A stretch of 64,000 nt of DNA from Eledone cirrhosa (taxonomy: Eukaryota). Shown here piece after piece: positions 13,210 to 26,879 of this stretch (the first letter of the stretch is position 1; each line of letters starts with the position of its first letter). A model generated the notes under the pieces. It searched no databases. It was not told where the DNA came from and saw only the letters and a program-made list of their open reading frames with translations. The position numbers and the translations under genes are program-made. The stretch lies in NCBI GenBank assembly GCA_964016885.1, contig OZ024743.1, positions 261,516,001-261,580,000 of the forward strand, in the 5' to 3' direction.

Positions 13210-13635
13210 TAAAGAAAATTGTATAACCTGTCGATCCGTCCCGCTTTACGGCAGTGAAATGTGGACTGGACTACTGACAGTGCTATGCAAGACACTTGAC
13301 GGAGGTTACATGAGGATTTGAGAATGGCTCTCAACATTTCTTGGAAACAGAAGCTGTCAAATAAGGAACTATACAGATTACTACTACCAGTCTCAAAAAA
13401 AGTTGCCTGCAGACGAATGAAACTGGCTGGGCACTGCATCCGTCATCCAGAAGAGATAGCATCACAACTTGTGCTCTGGAAACTGGCAGAAGACAGGCCA
13501 TCTCATTCATTGATTACCCTGCTGAGAGATGCCAACATTGATAAGATCAATGAACTGAGAAATGACATGCTCGATCGACCGGGCGATTGGAGAAGGCGTG
13601 CTAAATCTTTGCAAGTGTAAACTCGGCCGAAGAAG
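13210..13635 (+). mobile_element. RTE/RTEX LINE 3' fragment
   Basis: LRMALNISWKQKLSNKELY..RRMKLAGHCIRHPEE..LVLW, typical RTE ORF2 C-terminus. Confidence 0.75.
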
Positions 13636-14271
13636 ATAACCCAAACTTATATTTCATCATTAAACTAATTTTACTAAGACATTAAGTAAAACATTGTTTT
13701 AGAGAGGGATTAAAATGTGAGAAGAAAAAAAAAATGAATATAACCCATTTGACACCAACCAGGTTGTGGTTCTATGAAACAAATCCATCTATTTTAATTA
13801 AATTCTTCCATGTTTTGTTAAGTTATATTACAAATATAAGTAATGAAATAATTCTAGTAAACCCCTAAAATAAAAAAAAAAGAATTGAAATAGATTTATC
13901 TCCTAAAACCCACTTTGGGAAACAATGAATAAGACAACTATGCTAATCATTCTATGTAGAATATATTACTAAGCTTGTGTCAATCTAGAAATATAAATTT
14001 TAAGCTATGAGATACCATTCCCACTTGTAATTTAGTAGTCACAATTTTTTCTGATGCCATTTGAGTAAAATTACAAATGACATGAATAAGCAAATAAATT
14101 TTCAGGTATAAAGAAACAGGAAGGGAAAAATCTTGGAGCTTAATGTTAGTTGCATTACTAAATTCCTCTAAATTTTGGATTTTCAAAATTATTTTAAAAT
14201 CATAGGTAGTTTTCCATTAGAAATATGAAAATGAAAGGATTAAATGATTCAGAGCAAACCAATTTACTTAC

Positions 14272-14343
14272 TTGTGAAGGTGTATCTTTTTCTCCAATTG
14301 CCTGCCCATCAAACATGAACCGCACCGAGCCTGGTCGAACACC
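14272..14343 (-). CDS. SUMO: SUMO2/3-like, coding exon 3 (GVRPGSVRFMFDGQAIGEKDTPSQ)
   Basis: ttccAG acceptor, GTAAGT donor, 72 nt, phase 0/0, RFxFDG motif. Confidence 0.97.
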
Positions 14344-16176
14344 CTGGAAATATTTGAAAAATACTGTGAATATATTGTTTTTATCCACATGTAGATGCTT
14401 GACAACATAAAAAAAACAAAAGGCTAACTTACACTTAAGATAGTATAAACCACTGAGCCACCATTAATTTGTGACCCCACAAATATAATTTCTAACAAAC
14501 CTACAACAGTATCTCACTAGTATAGTTATCTATTTTAGTTTGTGTAGTTCTAGCAGCAGGTCAGATCAAATTGAAGGATGTGTATAATGTGGGGGAGAAG
14601 CAGTAGTGTTTAGTGAAGGACGAGCATGTACAGAAATTATGTGATAGGGGAATGGTCAATTGAACATTAATATCAGGAATAGGCTGCTCCATCCAGTGTT
14701 GAAAAGTGATGGGGACATGAAGACTAGCAATGAAATCGGTTTCACCCTCCTCAACATTATCATTGAACATCTGTTTTCCTAGCTAGCAAAGGCTGGATGG
14801 GACACCAGAGACCAAATCAGTATTTAAATCAGAGCTACTGACCTCTCAGACAAGAGGGGAGAATGCATCTCACATACCTTCGCAAACTTTATAGAATATA
14901 CAAGGTGCATTTTATCGTGGCATCAGCTCTAGGGAAGTTCTCATATCTTTGACAACTGTAGTCCTCCTAACCCTTATATCAATCTACAATGCAATATGAA
15001 CAAGGCCCACAAAATGCTAATCCCAATTAGATTTCTTTCCACTAGTACTCTTGAGAAAAAGATTTATCTTTTAACAGGGCTTAAACCAGAGAAACTTGTT
15101 AAGCACAAAAATGAGTAATTCCTGAATATCTGCTAATACTGATTACTTTCCAGAGTCGGATTTAATTAACTAGAGGTAATTGGTTATTGTATAACAATCT
15201 AGTTAATTGCTACTATCCTGTATAAAAGCATAAGGATCTTATCAAGTTATGTAACTTCACAATACTGATAGCAAACATTAAACAATCCAGTTTATCATGT
15301 TGACTATCTGATAATTCAAGTGGATAAATAGTTATACTAAAACATCTAATTACATGGTCTAACAGAAAAATAGGTGAAACCAAAACAATTTCTGATTCAG
15401 CAGGAAGTACAAAACCAAAATTTTATGGAAAATTGGCATTACAAAAATTTCAGCATTTTTCTGCAATTCAATTTTCTATATTTCTGTTAATCTAGAATAC
15501 ACCATTGTAACTTAATTGATTTCTCAAGCTCCATATATTGTATACTCTTATGAATATATAGTTTCAAATAACGATTCCTTGTAACCATATTTCCAATAAT
15601 ATACACTATTTCAATTAATGAAGAATTTTTAGAGATTTATTATCCTTATTAATAATTCCATTACTAAGTAGCATATGTTTTAAAGGGTCAGCTGTCAACA
15701 ATTGGATTGTTAAATCTGCTCTGTTCAAGACACCCAACTGCATAATTTGTACACAACAGGGTAGTTATAGTAAAGACAGAGCATGCAAGTCATCCCTCAT
15801 GACACAAACATGGGATAGTTCATTGTCACTTCATAGGAGGGGGGGGGGAGACGAACATGTGCCTTATCAGACACACGCACCAGGAACGTTCAGTCATCCT
15901 CACGGTTATATAAAATTATGACGGTAGATTTTCATTTAAATAGGAACTTTTTAAAAAAAGGTAGTTTTATTTCATAAAATCTAAGCAGACTTTGGTATCA
16001 TTTCTAATGATTATTTTTAAAACTTGAAAATAATTGGCAGTCTTTCATTAGAAAATGGCAAATGGACTATATTTATATATCTTAACTATAATAAAGGAAG
16101 GTCTGCAGGATTGCGTCCAGAATATATTTTTTTTACCCTGTTTGTAAAATAAGTTGGATTACTTTGAATAAATAAT

Positions 16177-16335
16177 TGTTTCTACTTTTTGGCACAAGTC
16201 CAGCAATTAACAAGCGCATTACTGGTACTTTATTTTATCGACCCCATAAGGATGAAAGGCAAAATTAACCTTGGCGGGATTTGAACTCAGAATGGCAAGG
16301 GCCGTAACTATGCGTCAAAGCATGGCGTCCGACCC
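16177..16335 (-). mobile_element. tRNA-derived SINE (same family as 62229-62426)
   Basis: Reverse complement of B-box GAGTTCAAATCC, TTTGCCTTTCATCC and GGGTCGATAAAATAAAGTACCAGT. Further copies or fragments near 514, 21180, 37465, 38400, 38920, 41950 and 63905. Confidence 0.75.
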
Positions 16336-17107
16336 TAATGAATGAATATTGCATAATTTATGTACTAAATTTCATGGCTGTTGATTAAATATATTTTATA
16401 GCTTAATCTTTAAAATTATCAAATGTCAACACTTCCGGCTAGCAGCCGTTATATTATAACACTTATAATCGCATATATTTCCGTCACTAATTTTCTCCTA
16501 ATGCAGTATATATAATGGGGTTTTTTTAATATATCATGGATTACTGATTACAGAAGACAGTGTAACATAGGCTTTGTTCAATTTCTGTGTATATATTGTC
16601 AATTATGATTTTATTTGATGTATCATATTTCCATGCATATATATTTGTGTATAATATCAATATACACACTACACATGATAGCAGAAAACCACCCGAAGAG
16701 TGGTTTTTCTTCTAGTAAATTTAATGTTCATTATCCAAACTAGCAGGAATGGAACTAACCTGAACTGGTTCGATCAATGCAGCAACTTGCTAGTGAAATT
16801 AAATGGCTGGGCATGGCATGTATGGCCCTTTAAATGACAGGTACAGTTCACAAACAAATTCTGTCTCCCCAATTTCATTCACAAGGCAAAGTTATAGTAA
16901 ATGACACTTGTCTAAGATGCCACACAATTGGATCAAACACGAGATTTGAGTGTGAAGCAAACATCTTAACCTATCAGTCATCATCACTGTTTATGTCCAT
17001 GCTGGCATGGGTTAGACGAGTTGTCTTGTTGTGGACAATGCTAGGTCACGTGACCATACACATAAGATGTTCTGTAGACACAGTTCTTAATTTCAACATA
17101 GCATGAA

Positions 17108-17580
17108 CCCTTTTGATACTGATCCTTACAAGACCACCTGAAATGACCTATTCATATTTATGAGAATAACAAATCTTGCAACTGTTTGTGATTCATGAGT
17201 AGTGATTGTGAATTTGAAAGCTTAAGGAAAGGAAAAGCTGAAAATTCATAAGACACTAACAACAAACAAGTACATGGTAATGTAGACTGATCCCTTTTGA
17301 ACTGTTCAAATTAGATATAAATCCTAACAGATAAAAGATTATCAATTGATGAATTGATGGTAAGATATAATGCTAGGCAAGCCCACTATGTCTGGAAAAT
17401 CAGCAAGTTGTGTACTGAGTACTGCTGTAGACTTAATTTTGATTATGGAGAAGAATATGATGCCGCCTGCAAATTATCACTTCCCTATCCTAACCAAGAT
17501 TGTATGTATTTCGACCGTTTTTTTCATTTTGGTAAAACTTGCAATGCTACAGTGAGTGCAAATAAAGCGCTGCGAATGTG

Positions 17581-17620
<40 letters not shown>

Positions 17621-17800
17621 AAGAATTTAAAAAGGGATATTATCCAATGGCAGAAAGAAAATTTGCTAGCAACTGCGTACAAAAGACTAATTTCCTATCC
17701 ACTAGTACTAAACCAAATGTGGATGGAAACAGCACACAATTAGTTAACAAAGATAAGTTTCATGGTGGTGTAGATTTGATGAATCAGATGGTGGCAATAT
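17108..17800 (+). mobile_element. Highly degraded piggyBac transposase core remnant
   Basis: CCCTTTTGATAC start. DP....K, LSIDELMV.YN.R, YFDRFF, and NK..GGVDLMNQM motifs of PGBD-type DDD transposases. Confidence 0.6.
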
Positions 17801-18341
17801 CTGGGTTGGTATATAATATAAATATTTTAAATGTTTGGCACCACTTGCAGTTTCAAGCAAAACAGTAGAGGACAAGTTATTAAAAAAACTTCTGTTGGAC
17901 AGAAAGCAAAATCCTGCATGATTTATTCGATCTACATAAAACTGATAGGAGCGGAAGAGGGTCAATGATCACAAAAATAAAACTCCCAGTAGACAGTTAA
18001 TTTTCCCACACTACATTCAAAACGAGACATTTTACACCTTTCCATGAAGAATGTATTTTAATGTGTATATGTCATTTTTTAAAATTTGAATTTACCTATG
18101 GGACATTAGATGACTCTTTGCAAGATTGAGTGTAAATTTTATTTCATTTTGTAATTTTCTTCAAATTCCATTATATTACCTTCACAGTGCACCTGTTTTA
18201 TATGCACTCAAGTCCAATAATGTACACAATTCTTCTATATATACCCAGTTGAATATTGGCCAATAATTCATTTTACATAGTGATATTCAAACAATATTTA
18301 CCTGAAATTAAAGGAATTTTGTGTTCCAAAGAGCACATTAA

Positions 18342-20015
18342 CCAGTTAGCATTTAACCCTTTAGCATTCAAAGCGACAAAAACCGACAAGATTATGTCCC
18401 CTTTCATTTATTCAAACCGACAAAAACCGACATTTAATACCACACGGAGATTTCCTTCTAAAAATAAACATTGACATCATCGAAATCTCGTCAATTCGAG
18501 ATTACTGCGAGATAAAGCCCTTACGTGCGAAAATTAACTCTTAGTATAGTTAAAGAACTTGCGATAACACGTGTTTTTAACGTTGAAAGTGTAACATGGC
18601 TTCCGAAAGTAGCGACAACGAATTTGAAGGTTTTACGTCCGACGACATTCGAGATCAAAAAGAAACAGAAGATAATATCAGTGATTTATCTTCAAACGAA
18701 TCAGATATATTTATTTCTGATATAACTGATAATGATGATAGTTACTTTGAAAGTGAAAGAGAAGATTTGACTGACACCATTGAAAAAACAGCAACGTGGT
18801 TGAAAGAAACAACATCGATACATGTTTTGGATTTTACTGAAAATATTGGACCACAACACACATTACCACCCGATGCTAAAGCACTGGATTATTATTTTTT
18901 ATTTTTACCACAATTTTTCTTCGAAGTTGTGGCAAATCGCTATGCACAACAACAAATTTCTAATATCGGAAAACCCGATCTGTTATGGCGTCCGACAGAT
19001 TCTGCCGAAATGAAAGCGTTTTTTACCATAAATATTATGTTTGGTATTAAACAATTTCCACGACTGGAATTATTGGAGTACTGATATAAGGTTTGGTGAC
19101 CCTTATATATCTAGTATTATGGCAAAAACGAGATTCATTAAATTAAACCAGTATTTGCATCTGGTTGATACTTCAAATACCCCTGGTAGAAATGAATCAA
19201 ATTACGACCCACTGTACAAAGTACGACCATTAATTGAAATATTGTCAGAAAAATTTAAAAGTGTGTATAAACTTATATATTGGGAACTTTCTGTTACGTA
19301 ATTTTACACCATACATTTACAGAGTACATTGCCAATATTATTTTGACCGGTGAAAAGGTTTTATACATTTTTTTCAATGAAAATATTTGCCTGGAATGTA
19401 GAGAAAAACTAAAACAGTGTACTGATTACACCTGCATTTTTAATTAATTCACCTGTTCGGAAAACTGCTAGAATTGATGGAAATCAGCATCTAGGTCATT
19501 ATTGGATTTTTTTGCAACAAATCTAACAGATAAGGCAGATAAAGTTTAAATTTTTGTGTTTATCCATAAAGTTATTACTTTTACACCTGTTAATTAATTT
19601 CACCAGCCCATAAAAGTAAATTTAACAAAAAAAAAAAATCAGGTAAAAATATATAATTATAAATTATAGTTATTTAAACATCTGACAAAATTTCAAGCCT
19701 GCACATAGAAAATTAAAGTAATTACAAACAAATAAAATTGATAACCCTCTTGAGTATAATTAAGTGAAAATAATGCGAATAGATGAACATGACATTTGAC
19801 AATTCAATGTGAATGCTAAAGGGTTAAACAGGCCATATCCAGCCTGAATTCTCACTTTCTGTTCAAATTGGTTGTAACCAGCCAATCATAACAATGTTAA
19901 GGTATTGTCCTCAAAATATATATAATATCAAAATCTCAGATTCGATATTATGCGAGATAAAGCCTTTACCGTGAAAATACAATAGTAAATATAGAGTAAT
20001 GTAAATGTTGAAGGG
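18342..20015. mobile_element. piggyBac MITE (outer) split by insertion of the 18357-19823 element
   Basis: TTAA-CCAGTTAGCAT[TTAA]...ACAGGCCATATCCAGCC...GTTGAAGGG-TTAA. The rejoined halves match the reverse complement of MITE 21583-21791. Confidence 0.75.
18357..19823 (+). mobile_element. piggyBac transposon, internal-deletion derivative encoding the transposase N-terminus
   Basis: TTAA TSDs at 18353 and 19824. 14-bp TIR CCCTTTAGCATTCA/TGAATGCTAAAGGG. ORFs 18596-19084 and 19041-19301 give acidic N-terminus, NRYA, W.PT..EMKAF, YWS, RF..L..YLHL.D, DPLYKVRPLI. Confidence 0.9.
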
Positions 20016-20178
20016 TTAATAAATAAAACAGTTATAGTTGTTTCTAGAAACCAGTCTAAATTTTTGCTTGTTTCAGAATTTAATTGAAATATGGTGTATT
20101 TTAGTGAGAAATATAGAAATAAAAAGGTAAAACCAAAATAGAAAAATAAAGAAAAGTGTTAAGACTACAAATACTTAC

Positions 20179-20310
20179 AGCTCTTTCAACGTAGGCACCC
20201 ATTAACTTCCTTAACGCTGTGTGCTTTCTGATTTTAAAATGAACTACACTACCATCCTGGCCAACAACTTTCAAATTGACATGTTCGCTGTCCATTTTTA
20301 CCTCATCAAC
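20179..20310 (-). CDS. SUMO: SUMO2/3-like, coding exon 2 ([44 protein letters not shown])
   Basis: Polypyrimidine tract plus ttccAG acceptor, GTAAGT donor, 132 nt, phase 0/0, motif NLKV.GQDGS.V.FKI. Confidence 0.97.
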
Positions 20311-20711
20311 CTGGAAAGACAGAAAAGAAAAATTCAAACTTAAAATTTGTCAATACAAGTAAGTTTTACTATTTACATACTTATTACTAAACTAACAAAA
20401 AGTTAGCACCAATCTTCATTGCCAGCAATGAGATGCCTACCCTCTATAAACATGAGGCCATGGGAATATTCCAAATGTGAAGAGACAGCTCAAAATATTC
20501 CAACTATTCCTGAAGGGATAAGCCAAAATATAAAAAGCTCCTTATTTCAGCACCATCTAAAAGAAAAATTGCAAAATAACTAATCAGTTTGGAACAGTTA
20601 TGGACGAAGGGAGTAGAATGGGTTATATCAAAAGTACGCAACATTTGAGGAGTCTTGAATGGTGCGCAACATTCGTCGGGAGATTCTTGGCAATTCAAGT
20701 TAGTACTAATG

Positions 20712-20819
<108 letters not shown>

Positions 20820-21582
20820 CATTTCAAAAGATTGATAACACCAGACAAAGGTGATGTTTTGGAATAGAAAAAATAATCTAAGCAGGGATTAAATCCAAAG
20901 GAGGGTTAACAACAAAGCATTAAGTTAAAGAAAAAGAGAGTAAAGGGGCTTATATTGCAAAACATACACTTCAAAGGTTTTTGCACAAAGGAAATTTAAT
21001 GTTATACATGCCAAATCTAAGCTGACCAATATTGCTTTGGTGATATATGATAGGGGTAAATATGAAAACATTTGAACAGGAGTGGGTACTTCCTTTAATA
21101 AATTTATGGCCCAGTTATTTACAGTAAAAACAATTATTTCTAAGACACAACCAATGGTGTAAATGAAATTAAACCCAGCACTTGACCGATGCTTATTTTA
21201 TCGACCCCCAGGATTCAAACTAAGAACAAAGTCGGAATAAAAACAGCAAAACATATTTTGTCCAACACTGACAATTCTGCCAATCTGGTCATATAAAAGT
21301 CTTTAATGAATAAACTAAATTTCATGTGTACTGAATTTGTATTCTTGAATCAACAATTTTAGTTGGGTGGATTTACCAATACAAACTTAATGAAAAATAG
21401 GTGTTAACATTTTAATGCCATAGTTGATGTTTTAAGGGACTCAAATCTTACAAGCTAATTACTTGTATAGGAAAATAAAACTCTTGAAATGAATCAAGGT
21501 TTTACTTCAAATGAAACTATCATATCCCTCCTCAATTTTTATTTATTTATTATAGCCTACAATCACTCCTGTGTTATTTTAA

Positions 21583-21791
21583 CTCTTTAGCATTCACATT
21601 ACTCTATATTTACTATTGTATTTTCAGAGAAAAGGCTTTACTTCACATAAATATCTCACATAATATCAAGTCTATGAGATTGATAGTATTTATTTTGAGA
21701 CCAATACCTTAAAGTTAGTATGAGGGGCCGGTTTGAATAGAAAACGGTGAGAGAATTCTGGCTGGATATAGCCGGTTTAAATGCTAATGGA
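21583..21791. mobile_element. piggyBac-type MITE
   Basis: TTAA flanks at 21579 and 21792. Termini CTCTTTAGCATT/AATGCTAATGGA. Confidence 0.8.
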
Positions 21792-24700
21792 TTAAGTGGT
21801 GTAAGGAGAGTTATGGTTTCTAGCATGTCATGTCAACTTATAGACCATGTATGTTGTCCAAAACCCAATCATATCAAATAGTTCTTTTGCTTGCTTTAGC
21901 TAGTTATACACCAACTTTGTGTTTTATTTGTAGATTTTAAAATATCGATGAGTGAAATAATCATAAACAAACTACTTCAAAAGATATGAAATTAAGTAAA
22001 CAATTTTTTTTCTTCTGTATGATTCCAAGCTTGCATGAAAAATACAAAGGTGGACTCGAAAACAAGCTCTTAGAGAGAGGGGGGGGGGGGGGAGACCATG
22101 ATGCAATTTGATGGATAAGTATCTTAAGTTGGTCAAAGTGAAGTGGCAAAATTCATGTGCTGATGTTAATGAAACTAATAAAATACATTTTATAAAATAA
22201 CATGAAGTTTTAGATAATGTAAAATTCAATTACTGAAGAAATATGGTTCACGAACATGCGTTCTGATGTGATGTAAATAGAGTCACTGATGCCACATTGA
22301 AGAGTGGGGGATGATAAAGCTTCAGTAACAGTGCAGCACCAGGGACCATTTACATCATTTCCATGAACACTCGTTCATGAACCTAATTTCTTTGTTATAT
22401 TTATGATTTGTATAAAAGACATTTTATTAGGTTCACTGCCTTACTTTTTGTTTGTGTAACGACATCAATTCTTCTAAGTTGCTTTAACTTGTCTTCTGAC
22501 CTAAAATAAGATTGAACCTTAAAATTTCACATTTGGAACCATTAAGTCAAAGTCCCATACGACCATTTCTGAATCACTGACTTCTCTGCATGGAACACCG
22601 AAGAGATCTGATGTCTCTTGCAACATCCCTGTATTGAAAAACATCTTAGGACATCAACAGATACTAATTTTGATTGATACATTACTGATCCACTAAATCA
22701 AGCAACTTATATTATAACGATGTATTTTTATAATATATAGTGCTATTTCTACAAAACTGGAGTTGGTTGAAACATTTTATTAAGCCTTAAAAGTATCGTA
22801 AATATATATAACACCAACATGTAATGTCTAAAATGTTTACACATTTCAAATGTTAAAAAGTATGGGCAAACCGAGAGAGAAAGGGATATCCTAACATGTG
22901 AAATGACAGAAAGTTAACCGTTTATGAAAATATATTTCATTGAGATTATTTAAGAAAAAAAAAAAGGGCCCTACAAACAAACCAGTAAATGAGAGATATG
23001 ACCAGCTAAGCGCATTAAAACCCTAAGAGACCAAAATCTATGCCCAATTATGGCATAATTTGAAAACAATAACAGTTGGCCTTCCAACAACATATTTTAC
23101 AAAATGATCATGCAAACAATATATTGGATGATGAGACATTAGAAAATTAAATGAATGTAAAATTATATTCATATTTGTACGGTTTCTAAAATTGCCTTAA
23201 CTAAAACGTTTTTTAAAGCAGACTTTACAAAGCAAAAATAAAACAAAATTTAAAAACACTTTATTAAAAAAATATATACCAGAATGAAATATCCAAATCT
23301 GCTTTTGAACTTACAGCAATATATTACAGCATAAGGATTTTGGATGGACAGGGGAATTTCAGAAACGGAAATACTCTCTAATTCTTTAGGTAGGCCAAAG
23401 CGGGGTCACTGACAGCAACTCTAGATTCAACGAGAAAGTTACACAATATGGATTAGGGTAACAATTCCAACTAGAAATTGGACACATTTTAAAAAAAATA
23501 AATAAAACATATAAATATAAAACACGTACGACTAACCTCCAAAAAGATATGAATTATAATAACCGAGCCAAGACAGAAGTAGACCGGAAATGATTATCAA
23601 TAAAAAAAATCTAGTCTCGAAGTATATTCATTATCTCATCATCGTATTTCGTCGATTTATAAAGAGACACTAACAAAGTCAATCTTGTTAACTAAATTAG
23701 ACAGATATTAAGACCAAACAATATTGTCTTCTATACTTAAATTTAAAATATAGTAAGACTACGAGAAATGAGACCCATTTTAAGATAATTGGTAAAATTA
23801 TTCTCCGTTAATTTCTATTTAAAGATTGAGACATGATAAAAAATATCTCAATGCTCTCTATTATATATAAGTCTAATCCTAACCAAGGGAAATTACACTT
23901 ACGAAATGGTTCAGACAGAAACCAAGATAGATGACAAATAAAAAGATTGCTCTCAAGACAAGGCCTCAATAGGGTCAAAGAAAATTGAAGGAAAGGAGGA
24001 GACAATCACAGTTCCCCAAATAAATAACCAAAAAGAAAAAGACAAGAAATATTTCATTTGAAATAGGATGTGAAACATTTTTCCAATTTTTTTTTTTTTA
24101 CCACCACGAAGATAAAAGAAATTATGAGAGGGTTTACTACAAAAATCTGCAAAGTAAATTTGGTTAATAATTTTTAAAAATATTGTTGACGACCTGTCCC
24201 CAGCATGGCCAAAGCCGAATGACTGAAACCACAGCCGAATGGCTATTAAACAGAATGAAAAGTTTACCTTGTGTCACTTTTAATCAAATATACATACGTT
24301 TCGGCTTGAATATACAGTAATGTTATATACATTCCTAGATAATAACAACAATAACGAAGCAATGAGACATAAAAAGGTAGAGTGAAGAGGGAAAGCACGT
24401 GTTAGTGAGAAGCAGTGGTGGGGGAAATAAAAAGAAAGTACTGCCGGTTCTTTTGCAAGATATTTTACAGTGGCTGGCTGCAAAGCCGATCGTACGAAAT
24501 ATTTAGATGAGGTTGTGAGAAAGTATGAGTGGACGGTACAAAAGAAAAATTGTAATTATATACGTTGTATGTTGCCAGTATTGCCAATAAAAAGAGACAC
24601 ACACCATATGATTTTCACTTTATTTTTTTTTTTTTTTTTTGTAAAACGACAAGATGGAGTAGAAGATTAAGACCGAATAAGAGAAGACACAAAAGAAAAA

Positions 24701-24964
24701 AGATAGTCTTGAGGTCTAAGAATGCGCGACGAAAGAAATTTGACGAACTAACGAATAACTAGTAATAAAGATAAAGTGAAAAATCATACGTGCGTGTTTG
24801 TTTTTATTGGCAATACTGGCACCATGACAATCCTCAAATATAACAATGTAGTTATATACTAACAATTTGTTGTAATAAAATAAAATAGGAAGCAAAATAA
24901 TGGTGGGGGAATAAACAAAAGAAAAGTGGAGAGGAGAGGATAGTTTTGCATCACCCACCAACGA

Positions 24965-26690
24965 TGGTGTGTAACTGAGTGACCTGTGAGGATCGATGGG
25001 GGAGGTCAAAGCAGAATCAGACCCCTTCCAGAAGCAACAGTCTCCAATTGATTCGGCTGGATCCCGAAGTGAGACCAACCGAACTCATGAATGTTGTTCA
25101 AATATTTTGTTTAGCTTTGGGTCTACTGCCGGTTGGTTTTGCCTGTAAAATCAGCTCAGCGATTCCTACCTTAGACATTTTAACATGTCCGGAGTATTGG
25201 AGATGTGCTTTCTCAATTCGGATAAGTAACGGCTCTACCTGGAGCAATTCTCTGATCTTTGAAATACGCCCCTATCGATTAACATTACTCCAAAGACCCC
25301 TCTGGGGAATCCCATTTCGACCGCTTGTATTCGTGATCGTATTCTTTTGGTCATTACAAGGTCCCGTGACCATAGGTAAGGGTTGGCACAAGTACTACTG
25401 AAGATCGCGAGTTTTTACACCCATCTCCCTTCTGATGACAATGTTGCAGTTGGTTCATTACTGCACCAGCTCCTGCAATTCTTGCCTTCCATCACTTGTA
25501 AATACTTCACTTGCTTCAGTGGTACTCCACTCAAGAGTGCACTGTGCAGGTTCCCTTGAGATGAGTGTCTCAGTCTTTGCAGCCATCGAAGATTACCTTC
25601 GACGAATTAAGTAGCACCATATCACCTGCAAATTCCAGCCGACTGATCCTACACCCGCTGGCGCATGTCAATACTTTTCATGAAGTTTCTGAAAGGAGAG
25701 GTGACAATACGCACTCTTGGCGGAGACCGACGCCCGCATTGATTGGTTTTAACTTAGCACTTAGGCATTCATATACTGACGTCAGGGAAACAGGAAGCTG
25801 CCCTTTGATCTCCTAATCCTGCAGAACCTTGACCAACAAAGTCCCGTGGCACGCAACCGTATGCCTTTTTGAGCATACACCTTTAGCAATACTACGTGAT
25901 TTCTCAGACATGGCGCAGTGTGAATATTAGGTCGGCTGTGCTACGCCCGGGACGAAAACCAGTTCATCAGCTAGCTTGAACTCAACAATATCTATATATC
26001 TTTTTGCCAGATATTTAGTAGACTTTACTGTGGAAACTTAAAAAGCTTCCTCTATAATTAGAGTAATCTCTCGTCTACCTGTTGGAAAAATGAAATATTA
26101 CTTCGAAATGCCATTGGTTAGATTTTTTTCTATAGATCCAGGCTACCCGGTACATATGAGTCAGCCAGAGAATACCTTCTCTAAGGCTTTTAACACCTTG
26201 GGCCGAATTTCACACTACCAAGAGGCCTTGCCGCACCTGAAATCTTTAATTGCTCAGGTGACCCCAGACGCGTTCTTCATAGCAAGCGTGAAGGGGAATT
26301 TATTACGAAATCGGCGGATAATCTGCCAGAATACTTTATTTGTTTCAGTCAGATTACAGCTCAACCCCAAAGTCCTACCTCCTCTGTTGCGACTTTTCGC
26401 GCCTGCTTTTACCGCAAGAACAAGGAAGAAGACATTTCCAAGCCACGCTTTGTAAGCCTCTTTGCTCGGATGGCATTTCTAAACTTCCGATTGAACCAGC
26501 AGGTCCTCTTGCTACTCTGCGCCACATCAAGCAGCTATCGCCCGCAGCATTTAACAGCTGAAGCAGAAACTGGTTCAATCACGAGGTTAAAGATTTCCAT
26601 CCGAGCAAAGGAGGAGGTTTACAAAGCTTCGAAGTACATACAGGCGCGAAAAGTTGCAGCAGAGACATTAAAAGGCGTCCAAAGTTAATA
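24965..26690 (-). mobile_element. RTE-clade LINE, degraded RT and C-terminus
   Basis: Minus strand DYSNYRG, VGLRQECVLSPL, ISRLEFAGDMVLL (FADD equivalent), LQYSGHV, KPTGSRP. Confidence 0.8.
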
Positions 26691-26792
26691 CATGGGAGGA
26701 CTTTGGGTTTATGATGGAATCAACTTTAGATGAGCAAATAAAGTATCTAAATAAATACGAGTGAGTACTAAAACATTGAGATAGGATGACCA

Positions 26793-26793
26793 G

Positions 26794-26872
<79 letters not shown>
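26793..26872. repeat. (TA)n microsatellite
   Basis: Directly visible. Confidence 0.95.

Positions 26873-26879
<7 letters not shown>

Noticed and set aside
18596-19301. Domesticated PGBD gene
   Set aside because: Frameshifted, lacks the catalytic DDD core, and retains TIRs and TSDs of a mobile copy
20101-20337. Single-exon 78-aa SUMO ORF as listed in the track
   Set aside because: Only 20179-20310 is exonic. The flanks are intron sequence bounded by canonical splice sites
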